DNA of 62,946 nucleotides, filler included, from Reticulomyxa filosa (GCA_000512085.1; 22 parts of 22 records of this genome joined end to end with filler, not necessarily neighbours in it), one strand, 5' to 3'; positions 37,500 to 51,268 are shown, numbered from the whole stretch's first letter. Numbers and translations: made by a program. Notes: generated from the sequence alone by a model not told the origin.

Positions 37500-38030
37500 T
37501 TCTTCGTTTTCTTGCTATTGCTGAAAGAATGTCATTGATGTACGTAATTCAGCAATTTCATTTTTCAATTGCTTGATTTCTTCGTTTTCAACCTTCTTTT
37601 GTTGGTTAATTTTATTTTGTCTTGGAGGTTGAACATGATTGTTTCCTTCTTCCTTTCCAAGTTGACTTATGTCTTTGGTTTTTCAGATTGTGGGATCTTC
37701 CACAGTACTTACATTTCTTTTTATCCAAAACAATTATTGCATTGGTGGATTTTTTTTTAAGCTTTTGCAGATTGTTTCAAACAAATGAAATATTTAAATT
37801 TTCAACAACGAACTTTGAAAGTTCCTTGACAACTTTGATCCTTGTCTCAGGTTCCCAACAACTAAACTTCTCAGTCGATGTCTTGAAGTTGAAATGCGGC
37901 AGCAATACTTTGGTTGCTGCACATCATAAATTTCTAAGTCTTTGATAATGTGAGCATTCGATCAGGAAGTGCTCCACTGTTTCTTCTTCTTCACACCACC
38001 TGCAGTATGGAGTGGTATGATCTTCTAAAA
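37500..38030 (-). mobile_element. Non-LTR retrotransposon (LINE) remnants: ORF2 C-terminal CCHC finger and gag-like knuckles
   Basis: YCRWCEEEETVEHFLIECSHYQRLR...KVVKELSKFV, followed by IHQCNNCFG and KCKYCGRSH fragments. Confidence 0.8.
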
Positions 38031-39270
38031 AAAAAAATAATTCTTCATCATCGAGATAAACTTTTGAAAAAAAGTTGTATTTTGAAGGAAAACAAGCACA
38101 GAACAACTAGATATTGCAACATCTAGCAGTATCTGAAAGAAGTTCGAAGTTAATCTTCGATTATTAACAATAATTTTCGTCGACAAAGATACAAAGAAAA
38201 TATTTTCAAACTACTAAAAAAAAATTTTTTTTTACTGTGATAAAAANNNNNNNNNNNNNNNNNNNNNNNNNNNNNNNNNNNNNNNNNNNNTTAATTAATT
38301 AANNNNNNNNNNNNNNNNNNNNNNNNNNNNNNNNNNNNNNNNNNNNGAAAAAAAACATAAAATGAAAACTAGAAAGAAAAACAAAGATTTTTGAAACTAA
38401 AGTAGCTGGTTAAAGCAGATATGACTGCAACCAAATGGTTGCAACAAACAATCAATTAAATTCAAATTGTACCCAGTTCCACATTACATGGCACGACTAA
38501 AAAGACATGATCTTTGTGATAAATCACTACATGTATTGAAGATTTGAGTCAGCGATGAAAAATTTGACATCTGGTCCATGCATTTGGAGCGTACGTATAT
38601 GTTGGAGTGTTTGCCGATACGAATTTAACACTGGTGCCTCAACCCAAGCAAAACATAAACCGATGAAAACAATAAACAAATTTAACAATGACAACAAAAA
38701 ATAAAGCAATCAAAACACTACCAGAAATTGCAGCAGCATTAAAAATAATAAACTAATCCAAATATAATTAGCAACGCTAATTATCTAAAAAACCAAACGT
38801 AAAACCGACTATTACATTAAAAAAAACAATCAACTAATTCTATCAGCAAAAAATTTTTAACACTAGTGTAATGTCTTACTTTCTTTTATCAATTCTTTTG
38901 CATATTTTCTAAACACAACACTAAAAAAAAAAACTATTCCAAACGGCTCCAATATAAGCAGTTAAACACAAATATTCTTTTCAATTTTTTTTTCCTTTTT
39001 TAAATAAAACTTCGTTATAGTGCAAATTTTATTGCAAAAATACTGATCGAAGTTTAACTTCGTCAAACAGCAAAGTTATTTCAACGAAATTTCACCATTT
39101 GATTGTCAAAAGTTTGCTCTAACGTCCTGACTTGGTTTGGAAGCTTCAATTTTTTTTAATTTTATGTTTTATAATAGTAGTCATTTTTCGTATGTTTTCA
39201 AAGATACTTTTCATTTTCTTTCCAAGGTGAAAAGGATATTTACCAACCAATTTTTTTTTAAGTGTTTTGG

Positions 39271-39402
39271 AAAAAATTAAAAAAAAGAAAAAGAAGACAA
39301 AAGTAAAAAGAAATATCTTGTTTCAGGCGGCGCCAAAAGGCGCCTCCTGAATTAAGCTTTTTCTTTTTCGCTTTTCCATTCTTTTTCTTTTTTTTTATTT
39401 TT
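39271..39402. repeat. Long imperfect palindrome, copy 2 (TTCAGGCGGCGCC-AAAA-GGCGCCTCCTGAA core)
   Basis: Arms of about 60 nt (A-rich left, T-rich right) are mutually complementary; core shared with 18033-18057. Confidence 0.8.
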
Positions 39403-40927
39403 AATATTGACGCAATAGTTTCATTAGCCATTTGAAATTTGGCTTGCTTTTACTATTTTTTTTTTAAGAGCAATATTTTTTCAGAAAAATTTGTTAAAAG
39501 AATAAGTGCTATGATTTTTTTTTTACACACGATTTTGTCAATTTATTTTTTTTAAGTATTACTTGTTGTTGAAATGAAGCTAAGCAATTTTAATTTAATT
39601 TTGTTATCTTCATTTGTAATTTGTTTTTCTATTTACATTTGCTTGGCTGCATTATTTCAAATTTTTTTTGTTGTTGTTTTTAATTACTGTTGTTGTTAAT
39701 TTTGATTTGTAATTTGAATTATAACTTTTTTATTACCCATTTCTTTATTGGAATTTTTCTTTGTGATGTCCAAGATTTGGTTCTATTCGTTTTGATTTTT
39801 TTTTAGATATTAATAGAGAAAATTGTATAAGATTATGTGAATGGACATTTTGTTACTTATAGCTTTATATTATTGTTTTTTACAAGTTTTCTTACCTCTT
39901 GGATATCGTACACAATAGAATTGCTTGCATGATTTGTACTTATCGAATAATCCATCATATCCTTATATGTTTTCTTGTCGTTTTGATTCTTCAACAACAG
40001 TGCTGACACCATGTTCTAGTTCGTTCTTGATATAGTAACTACACTATGTATTTTTTTCAACAAGCATCATTTGCATGTTTTGGTTGTTTTGTATCCTTTT
40101 GTAAATTTAATCACAAAGGGTAATTATTACTGAAAAAATAAAACAACTTTATACTAATGCATAAATACGCAAGATATCAAAGGTACTAAAAATTTTCTGT
40201 TTCTATCATATTTTCTTAGTAAGAACTCAAGATGCTGAAAAGCAAAAGAAAACAAAACAGGAACTTTGTTATAGCTTACTTACTGCTTACATAGTTATTT
40301 TGTAGTTTTTATAACAGAATTTGGTGGATGATTTGCTGGATTGTATAAAACACAACTTTGACCGATAGAAAAACAAACACAGTTGATTTATTTTAATTCA
40401 AAAGAGATATCCCTCCAAAAAAGATTACTCTAATTTCTCTTTGTTAGAACTGAAACCCCAATCCAAAGATATGATAAAAAGATAAATTTCCTTGAGAAAG
40501 GCAAACAAAAAATATTAATATGGCTTGTAGTCCTTTTTTGTAAAATAATTTCTGTGAGTTGATTGTGTTCCACGATAAACACAAATGCATAACAACTCAA
40601 TCTACAAGTGGAATACATCGTCTACAAACATAGCAATTAATTTTTATTTATATGCTTAGTGATAAAATAAAAATGTTTTCTTAATCAAAAATTTGGACTC
40701 ATCATTTCTAACTATAAATAAATCTTCAATGTAACAACACCTACAGTAGATTGCAAAAAAACTGCCATACCTAAATGGCACTATATGAAGAGAATCGATT
40801 TTCTCCATGAACAATAAAGATTTAAACNNNNNNNNNNNNNNNNNNNNNNNNNNNNNNNNNNNNNNNNNNNNTTAATTAATTAANNNNNNNNNNNNNNNNN
40901 NNNNNNNNNNNNNNNNNNNNNNNNNNN

Positions 40928-41814
40928 TTATTGTTATTATTATTGTTATTGTTATTATTAAAACTAGAATGATTGATTAATACGTTACGAGACATGCCAA
41001 CGGAATCCAAACGGAACATTGAGGGCTGTCCATTTGTGCGATTGGAAAGGGTAGTGTTTCGCGTGAGGAAGCAAATACGAAACCAATATTTGCAGACGAT
41101 AATGGTTTGATGGACTTTGCTGGCCAACGGGCGGTAGCTCTGGATTGACGGAAGGGCCTTTTTTCGAACGAAGAAATCCTTAAAGTGCTTGTTCATCCCC
41201 GCACTTTCTGCGCCGTTGCGATCGCTCCCATCTTCGTGCGGGCTCGACTCTTTCGACGCCAAGCGAGGGCTTTGCGGTGGACTCGTTATGTATTTCTTAT
41301 ATCTTTCGTCCACGAATATACCACTATGGATCGAGGAAACGCTGCTCGTGCGCGAATGCGACGACCCTGCGTTATCCAATCCCGTGTCATTGCCCATGTC
41401 TTGCGGGGTTCGAATTCTCGATCTTGATCTCCGATGCGAATATTGCCGACCCAATCCTCGGTGTACGTCATTGCTATTCGCTTCGTTGCTATTGTTATTA
41501 TTACCATTGTCGTCGTCTCCTTTTCTCCCACTTTCTTGACCCATGTTCAACAAGGGAGGACTCGGACTCGGCTGTGGCGAAGGCGACAGCGACGACGGCT
41601 GCGATTGCGACACGTTCAGGCGGTGCACATTGTTGCTGCGAAGAGACAACGTCTCGTATCTTATCAGGTCGTTTCGAAGCTTTAGAATTATCTTTATCAA
41701 TTCTGCCTTCTCCTTGTCTTGCAGATATTGCTCATTTATCTTCAACAAGTCCTGAATGCGCTTTGTCTTTTCAAACGCCACTTGTGCTGCTGGAGATTGC
41801 AAAGTTGAGGTCAT
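40928..41814 (-). CDS. Hypothetical protein with N-terminal coiled coil and Ser/Pro/Asn-rich region, truncated
   Basis: About 295 open codons from ATG with coding-like composition. Confidence 0.65.
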
Positions 41815-42083
41815 TGTTTGATCAGAACTTTTAAATTAATTTTCTTAACATTTTTTTAAAAAACCAATTGTCTATTTACTACCCCAAATGTACTCAGCTT
41901 TCGCTTTTTTTTACAAAATATACCACATGATATTCTGATTGTATATGTATATGCTTCCCTTTGTTTTTAAACAAAATTTTAAGGCCTAATAGTCAAAAAG
42001 TGAATTGCATCTGTTATACTGTTAATTTTTATGTTTCAATTTTACACAGTTTAAACTTATGATTTCTTTGGTAAGGAAATATG

Positions 42084-42450
42084 AACATCACCAGCTTCCC
42101 TCATTTCCTCTCCATTCAAAACTGCTTCTTGAATAGCTGCATAATATGTAACAGCTTCATCAGTGTCAATAGTTTTGCAAGGTTCTTTTCCATTAAAATA
42201 TTACTTACTTAATTATTGTACTTTTTGGAACATCAACACAACATCGTGAATATTAGATTTATTCATTACACTATCTTGTAATACTTTGGTAACAAGGGTT
42301 TAAATAAACATGGAAATAGTGCATACACAAATCTTCAAATCTTGCACCAGTTGATTGATGATGAAAAATCAATACCTTTATAAAAAGAATATACTTCCAC
42401 ATTTGATCGGATTGCACGTTTACATTAAGTTCTTAATCTTTTCATTGCTA
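42084..42450 (-). pseudogene. HSP70 pseudogene fragment (nucleotide-binding domain C-terminal half)
   Basis: [71 protein letters not shown]. The GGSTRIP motif is deleted. Confidence 0.88.
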
Positions 42451-42934
42451 TATTGTTTTGAGTAATATCTAATTTTAAATTTATCAGCAAAAAAAATGCA
42501 ACTAATGTGTAATATGACAAAATCTCGAAATGTTTTGGTTCAAGCACTTTTTTGTTCAGTCATAAAGAAAGAGTTTGTGCTGAATGATGATGAAATATTG
42601 TTAGCAAAAATTATATTAAAATTGTTTTGGAATTAGTATATAAGCAAAAAAGCAAATGTGGTGTGGTGAATTGATTTGAAAATAATTTATATACATATAT
42701 ATTTTTTTATTTGTTTAAAAAGGGGGGTGGACGAGTATAGAGAAATTTAAAAAAAACCTTGTCATTAAAATGAATCAACCATCGATTTTAAAATTGGTAT
42801 CACATAGTGATAACAATGGAAAATCTATTGACCTAAAACAGTTATGTTTTTTTTGTCTTGTGTCACACATTTCAAAAGTTAAATTTTTTTTTTGTCTGAT
42901 TTGAAAGTATTTTAACGAAAGTATTGGACAACAG

Positions 42935-44139
42935 CTTTGAGATAATTATAAAATATTGGGTTCGAGCGTTACACATTAAATTTGGATGGATTCGAGAATT
43001 TGATAAAATTATTATCAATTATGTTAGTTTATTTGTTTTTTCTTTTTTTTTTTGAATACAATCAAATATTAAAAATAACATAGTGTGATTTATTTATACT
43101 GGATGTATTTTACTCATCTGCTAAATTGATCAATACATTTATTGGTCATACAGACTATATAAGTGATATTGATTATTCAAATTTTGATAATGACCAATTC
43201 ATTTGTTCTGGATCATATGATCAAACAGTTCGTGTATGGGATGTTGATAACAACAAACAAATTCAATCATTCAATAGACATCAAAATTATGTAAATTGTG
43301 TGAAGGTTTCGTCATATCATTATCATAATTATCGTAAAAATGTCATTTGTTCATCATCACTTGACAAAACCATTCGTTTTTGGGATTTCAAACATAATAA
43401 GCAATTACAAATATTCGATCAACCAATTGGTGTTAATAAAATTGAATTTTCACCATTTAATGGTGGTAGATATTTGTGCTCTGGATCATATGACAATAAT
43501 ATTCGTTTATATGATATTGAAACATACAAATTATTATATGTCTTCAGTGGACATAACAATGTTGTTTATTCTGTTGCTATTTCACCATTACAAAGTAATG
43601 ATGACAATGATAATAAAATGAATATTATTGGTGTGATTGGTGGAAATGGATATACAATTTGTTCTGGATCATATGATAAAACCATTCGAATATGGGATAT
43701 TGAAGACACCAAATCATTCAATGTATTCAAAGGACATCAAGGTTGGATTATGAGTGTAAAATATGGATCAAATGAATTAAGAAATACAATATTATCTGGA
43801 TCTTCAGATAAAAGTGTTCGTTTATGGGATATTCGATCTTGTAAACAAATTCAAATTTTCAATGGGCATTTAGGTGGTGTGATGTATGTTGAATATTCAC
43901 CATTTGTAATAAAGAATAAAAATTATAATTCAAATGTGATATGTTCTGGATCATCTGATAAAATTTGTTTTTGGGATATTCGATCAAATAAGAATAAATT
44001 ATATGAGATTATCGGAGATATTGAAGAAGATGGCGAAACATGCTGTTTTAAATGTATTAGATGGAAGAAAAAGAATGCTGCATATGATATGAATTTGTGT
44101 TATGGCTTACACAAAGGCCAAATTCGCGTTTTGGGATAA
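42935..44139 (+). CDS. WD40-repeat protein of a lineage-expanded family (intron approx. 43023-43083; start unclear)
   Basis: Seven GH...CSGS.D.T+R+WD repeats, family signature IGVIGGNGYTICSGS, N-terminal exon IIKYWVRALHIKFGWIREFDKII. Confidence 0.9.
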
Positions 44140-46759
44140 TTGAATTTGATCAAGTAATAAATGAAAGTTTTTGTTTGAAAAATAAGTTGATATTAAAATT
44201 TTTTGATTTGATTGAATGCAAGTATTAAAAGTTGTTTTTTATATTATTTTGTGCATTCAATGTTTATTAAATAATTCAAAAAAACACAATAAATGAAAAT
44301 GAAAATATTTCAAGTATTTATCTTTTATATTTTTAAAACTTGAAATAATGTTGTTGTCATTAAATTTTTTTAAAGGATATGACAATAAAATATAAGAAAG
44401 AAGGAAGGTGTTATAAATTTAAAACAAAATAAGTACAGTTCTTTTTTATCAATAAATGTACTTTGAATGAATTATATTGATCCTATGCTAGTGTTGATAT
44501 TTAATAATTTTCATTCACGAATATTTCCTGCTCTTTGCAAAAGTTGAAATATGATTTGTGATAGACTTTATATTGACTGATTAAAAAAAAAATTAACATT
44601 AATACGCTGAGGCAACTTTATCAAGTCAATGTGGATGTATATAAATGGAATCAATCGGCCCAGAAACTTTCAAAGTTCGCTTCCAAACTCGCCGATAATT
44701 CGCTTAGCAAAACATTGAAAGAGCCTACTACAATTTTATTAATGATTGAAACAACATACTAAACATATGTCAAGACAACGACTTTTTACAATTTAACACT
44801 ACTTACTTTTTTGAATCATCTTTATAGAGAGGGAGNNNNNNNNNNNNNNNNNNNNNNNNNNNNNNNNNNNNNNNNNNNNTTAATTAATTAANNNNNNNNN
44901 NNNNNNNNNNNNNNNNNNNNNNNNNNNNNNNNNNNGTGTCACCTCGCGAAGAGCTCGCAACTGACGTGAAGAGTTGGACTTGATGAATTTAAAGGTGTTA
45001 TTTGTGTTTTGGAACGACAAAAACGAAACCAGTCTGGTGGACGAATATTGTCAAGAAGTGATGGAACCCACTCAATGGAGTATTGCTGTGGGCGTGAAAA
45101 ATGATTTTCTGCAATGCAATGACTAGCCATCTTCGTTTCGTCAATGTTTATCTCAAGTGGAGTCCTCAGAAAACGTATACAAAGCGTCTACCGATGGAGT
45201 CAATCCGTTGCAGATGAGGATTTTAATCGAGAAAGTAACTCCAAACTTCCTATTCCCATTGGCTCCATTACTATCAACTTGTGTCTTTCCAAATTACATG
45301 CGATACTAGACGCGTATCGCGTCATTGTTCAAAAGCTCCAAGCGTTGCAACAACAGCAACACTTGTCCATTAAAAAAACGTTGCAGTATCATCAGCACAT
45401 TTCCAACAAGTTCGCTCTGAATTTTTTTAACCAAAAGTCTCGAGTTCTCCTGAAATATAGAGCCACTCCATTTTTTAAAAACAACACACTAACACAAATA
45501 ATGCAAATAATAATAGCAATGTGATAATACAACGGTCATTCACATTGTATAGAAATAAAACACAAGCAAAAAACAAACAAGTGCAAGATACTCTGGCTCA
45601 ATTTCTATCCACATACACCATTTCAATGGTTTGGCCAGAAGTTATCAAATGGATGCTCTTTCTATCAGATGTCTTCGATTGTCTCAGAATGTTGATGCGC
45701 TGAAATCTTATCTTATTAAAAAAAGACATGATAAGTTCCAAAAAATTAACGATTGGAGTATGTTTTTTTACTGACCCCAAAATTTCTTGTTACTTTTTTT
45801 TTCGCCGAAAATATTTGTTAGCCAATAATGAAATAGAGTGGGCAGCAGAAGCATATTTTTTGTTTTTATGTGCAGGAACAAATACAAAAAAAGAAATGTT
45901 TTTGAACAATAGAAAAAATATAGAAACACAAGCCGCTAAATTGCACCAAATCCTTCAAAATTCTACTTTCTTGGAAAGTATTGAAATTGCAAATAAACAA
46001 ATAAACAACAAGATTGGCCTGCAGCCGATCTGTATTTTTTAATTTTTTCCAAATAGCTTTGTCTCAACCCAACTTGTAGATTTTTTTGCGATAAGCCTCC
46101 TTTTCTGTCTTAGTTACATTTTACTTTCTTCAAGCAAAAAAAGCAAATAAAAGTATCATTTTGAAAAATAATGGCCGAAGCTAACGCAGTTTGTATGAAA
46201 GACATCATTGTAGCAGGTGACTGTCAAGAGTTTGACGAAGAAGGGNNNNNNNNNNNNNNNNNNNNNNNNNNNNNNNNNNNNNNNNNNNNTTAATTAATTA
46301 ANNNNNNNNNNNNNNNNNNNNNNNNNNNNNNNNNNNNNNNNNNNNAAAAAGTCTTTGAAAACACTGAACCACAACTGGTCTGACACTTTTCCTAATGGAG
46401 GTGGAACAGTTGAAATGAAGGCAGAAGAAACGGAAAGATAAAAAAGTATAATTTGAATCAATGGATTTCTTTTATTAATACATGAAAGCTACACAAACAG
46501 GCAAAGGAAGAAATAGGATTGTCTTAACAAGTACTCTATTAAAAACCGCTTGGAAATGATCATTTAATAAAATATTTTGATAATGTTTAACTTTTTGTTT
46601 GAATATGTAAAAAAAATTCACATAAAAAATTCTTTGTACAATTGAAATATCAAAATAAAATACGCTCTTTCAAACAGAATGTTAAATGAGAAAAACATAT
46701 TTGTTGATTTGGAATAAAAATATTTAATGTATTCATTAAAATTTTGTTGAATACTATTC

Positions 46760-47945
46760 CCAAATATAAATGCAGCCATTGAATGAGCCATAGCACATAT
46801 TAATGCCATGCACACAGTCATCAGTGTATTTACTATTTTTTTTTAATTGTAGAAATTTTAGACATAATATTCCATTTCCTCCAGTCGCACTCAATTCTTT
46901 TTTATTTGATCGAATATCCCAAAAATGAATAGTATTATTCAGTAATCCAGAACATATAGCATTTGAAATACCACCAACTTCGCTATTATCTACTACAAGT
47001 GGTGAATATTCAACAATCCATTAAACGCTTGAATTTGTTGGCTAGATCGAATATCCCACAAACGGACGCAGATCTAGACAATATTGTATTTGCACAGCCA
47101 CTAATTCCTAATTTATTTGATCCATATTTTACACATCTAATCCATTGTTCATGTCCTTTGAGCGTAGTTAATTGTTTCAATATCCCATAAGCAAATCGTT
47201 CTATCATATGATCCAGAACAAATGGTATATCCACTACCACCAATTACACCAATATTATTACTTTTATTGTTATTGCTTTGTGACGGTGAAATATCAACAC
47301 ACCAAACAGATGATATATATCCATAGAAAACACTCAATGATTTGGATGTTTCAATATCCCATAAACGAATAGTATTGTCTTTAGATCCAGAACACAAGTA
47401 CCTACCACCACTAAATGATAAAAATTCAATAGCATAAACACTACCATTGTGTCCATTAAATATTTACAATTGTCGATTATTTTTAATGTCCCAAAAACGA
47501 ATAGTTTTATCATATGATGAAGAACAAACGATATAATTATAACTGCTATAATAATGATATTGTGAAAATTTCACACAATATACAATACCTAAATGTCCAT
47601 TGAATAATCGAATTTGTTTGTTTGTTTCCATATTCCATGCACGGACTGTGCTATTATTTAATCCAGAACAAATGAATTGACCGCCATCAAATGTTGAGTA
47701 ATCAATACTGTTCACACATCTTGTGTGTCCAGTGAATATTTTGAGTAATTTGATGATAAAAGAAACGTTTCAGACATAAAAACTTTGGCTACCTGACCTT
47801 TAAATTGTAATTATGGATTATAACGACAAATAAATATTTGTTACTAAATGAAATGACTTAACATAATTGATAATAAGCTTTTCAAAATCGTAAATCCATC
47901 CTAATTTAATCTTTAATATTTGAATCCAATGTTGGATAATTATTT
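46760..47945 (-). pseudogene. WD40-repeat family pseudogene
   Basis: Same family motifs (GGRYLCSGSKDNTIRLWDIET, IGVIGGSGYTICSGS) broken by several frameshifts and deletions. Confidence 0.9.
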
Positions 47946-48571
47946 TTATCTCTTCTTTTGACTGATTCAATCGCAAATTCATACAACAAAAATCTAAACG
48001 CTAAACCCCCAGAAAGACTGAAAGTATGTTTACCAACACCAGCTGAAGTTCGTTCTTTTCTAAGAGAATTCATTCTTCTAGCTTCTAGTTTTTTTTTAAA
48101 AAGATTAAGCATTCCTCCGCTTGTCTTAGACTATGCAAGATAAAAACTCTTGAACTTTTTTATCTAGATCAATAAAGGGTTGTCAAAAGTGTTTCAACAA
48201 AAAAAATTTGTAAAAAAAACTTAAAGAATTCGACACAATACACAACTTTTTTTTAATAGATTTAATTTTTGTGTAACAGCATTTTCCTTTTTTTAGATAA
48301 CCTAATTTCTTGAAAATTTGAATTCATCCGCTTGTGCTTTTTTTTGTTTTATTCGGAAGATAAGTAAATCACATCAACAGCTGCTATGGCAGATAAAACT
48401 CGGTGAATGTTTGCTTTAGTTTTTGTTCCTTCGAACCACAATAGGTACAGTTTGAGTGCACGAAAAAGTAGTTTATAGACAGCACTGCCTTGAAAACGGA
48501 ACCTTGTTTTGAGGAGGGGGGGATCAAAAATAAAATAAAATAAAATAATTGTGTAATAAACAGAGATCACA

Positions 48572-48933
48572 ATGGCGGCCGCTTTCACCAAGCTGTTCGG
48601 CGAGACAGCAAGTAAGAAATCAGATCAGCAAAGGCCTCCAGCACAATCAGATTGGGACATTGCGCCCGGAGACAATTCGACCAATTTGCAGCGTTTCAAG
48701 GAGCCAATAAAGATGGAAGACGACAAAAAAGAGCCGGTACCGAGCGTGCAAGCGACGAGTGTGAAGCCAGCACATCACAGAGGGACACATCACTCCTCAT
48801 CTTCAACAAGAAAGAGTCACCACAAACGCAGGCACGATTCTAGAGCAAGCCACACGGCATCTTCTTCATCGGCAACAAAAAGACAGTTTTGTGCAAGGAA
48901 AAGAATTTCGAATAAATGGATGAATAATTTCAA

Positions 48934-48966
<33 letters not shown>
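48572..48966 (+). CDS. Hypothetical protein N-terminus (His/Ser/Lys-rich), truncated
   Basis: ATG in good context, GC-richer exon, ends in a GT intron with poly-A. Confidence 0.5.
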
Positions 48967-49373
48967 NNNNNNNNNNNNNNNNNNNNNNNNNNNNNNNNNN
49001 NNNNNNNNNNTTAATTAATTAANNNNNNNNNNNNNNNNNNNNNNNNNNNNNNNNNNNNNNNNNNNNATATTAATGAATTCTTCGTTACTTGATTCTTTTT
49101 TTTCTTCTTCTAATAAGTTGACACAAAAAATGGCTTATAGAAATGATCAATTTCTCAATGAAAAAATAAATTTTTTTAAAATCACGTAGTTTTTAAATAT
49201 TGTTGATTTTATTCAGGTAAAGTTTTCAAGGTGTACTTTTTGAAAAATCAAAAACAAGAAAACTATTTCTTCAATATTTCTAAAGATAATAATATTACCG
49301 ATCAATTTTTTTTTAGACTAACTGAAAAAAAAGGGTGTTAACAATAAAAATTTAAAGATAAAGACATACCAAC

Positions 49374-50990
49374 ATGAACAACTTGAATGATATAAAAGCT
49401 GAATCAGGAAAATATACATATTTATTTAGCTCATTTGGATGTAATTTTAGTGGAAATGAAGGTGAGCTAAATGAGCACCTTAAACAAAAGTTGAAACGAC
49501 ATTTGGATGTAGTACTTGAAAATATGAACATATTGAAGAATAAGAACTATGTGTTACAATTTAAGTTATTTATATGTTTATATTTAGTCAAAAATAATAA
49601 ACTTTGTAAATATATGAAGAACTAAAGGCTATTAAATTAAATATCAGCATGTTCAAAAATAAAATTAAGGGACAACAAAAAAATTTGAAAAAAGACATCG
49701 AAGAGCTGAAACTAAATATGAATATTATATCTGAGTTGGAGGAAATAATAAAAAAAAAAAGATGTAATAATAGGAGAACTCAAGTTCCAACTTCAAGAAC
49801 AAATAACCAATAAAGCATTTACAGAAATAAATGATGAAATAATCACAAAAATCAAAGACGAAGTGATAGCAGTAATTAAAGATAAAGAAATATTAAAAAC
49901 TGAAGTAGATGGAAAAAATGATGACGCAACATCGCTTGAATCTATTTTTAAAAATGTCCTTATATTGGACTCACAAAAGGTAACTAAGCTTTCCAGTTTG
50001 TATAACGAAGCTGTTTTATTTATTGATTATTTAACATTAAATACTAGTGAATTAATTTGTTCCGGATCAAGAGATAAAAAAGTCTTTGTATGTGATTTAA
50101 ATAAAAATATACAATTGAAAGCATTCAATAGACACACACATGATATTAGTTTTGTGAAATTTTCATCCTACCATTATAATAATTACAATTGTACAGTTAT
50201 TTGTTCTGCGTCACAGGATAAAACAATTCGTTTTTGTGATATCAAAGATGATAAAGAATTTCAAGTATTCAAAGAAAGCAAATGGGGTATTAATTGCATT
50301 CAATTTTCACCATTTAATGGAGGCAGATATTTTTGTTCTGGATCACATGGTAAAATAATTGATTTATTGGATATGGAGACATCTAAACTATTGCATAGCT
50401 TCAACGAACACACAAATAGTATTCGGATTGTAGAATTTTCATCATTACAAAGCAATAGCAATAATAATGTTAATAGTATTGGCGTGATTGGTGGTAGTGG
50501 ATATACAATTTGTTCTGGATCATCTGATAGAACTGTTCGTTTATGGGATGTTGAAACTGGCAAACAATCGATTATTTTCAGATGACATGAAGGCAATATA
50601 AATTGTGTAAAATACTCAAGAATTAGTGATAAAAATACAATATTATCTGGATCAAGTGATAAAACAATTCGTGTATGGGATACTCGAGCGAAAGATGAAG
50701 CGAAACGATTTGAAGGACATATGAAAGATTTGACCGCTGTTGAATACTTATTACTTGTTAAAAATGACATTAATTCAGCAAATACAATATGTTCTTCTTC
50801 TTATGATAAAACAATACGCCTTTGGGATATTCAAATGAATAAAGAATTATGTGCTATTCAAAGACATTCCCCCATATTATGTTTTCAAATTTTGCCGTTT
50901 AAAAATAAAGAAAGAAATGAAACAAGCAATGAAGTTAATATATGTTATGGCTTACGCAAAGGTGAAACGAATATTTTGTCACTGTCATGA
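49374..50990 (+). pseudogene. TRAF-zinc-finger-like / coiled-coil / WD40 family gene with premature stop
   Basis: Degenerate F..FGC.F.G....L.EHL......HL motif, coiled coil, then WD40 repeats. In-frame TGA at 50583 replaces the G of a GH dipeptide and the frame continues to 50990. Confidence 0.8.
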
Positions 50991-51198
50991 TTACATAGCA
51001 TTTGCTCTTTGAAACGATGTGTGTGGTTTGATCAATTTGCATTAAATTATTTTACAAAAGTTCGAAATTGATAATGTGGTGCCACCATATACTCTCCAAA
51101 GCATAACTGCTTACATTCAATCATATCGATAATATGTACAAACATCTTCAAACAATTTAAATAATTTTTTTTTTTAAATAAATAAAATAAATAATAAA

Positions 51199-51268
51199 TG
51201 TGGCAAGGAGGTGTCGATCCTCTATAGCAACACCTTAGGCATTTGCTAGCCACCAAGGCTCGTGTCAC
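51199..51268 (-). ncRNA. tRNA-like 70-nt structured element (atypical or degenerate)
   Basis: GTGACAC-G-AGCC ttggt GGCT-AGCAA(12-nt loop)TTGCT-ata-GAGG atcgaca CCTC-c-TTGCCAC-A. Cloverleaf-like with two acceptor-stem mismatches. Confidence 0.4.

Noticed and set aside
44936-46245. Short ORFs with coding-like composition
   Set aside because: No family recognised; probably a decayed fragment.
50581-50590. In-frame TGA as stop-codon reassignment or readthrough
   Set aside because: Single GGA>TGA change in a pseudogene-rich family; conserved genes use TGG for Trp and standard stops.
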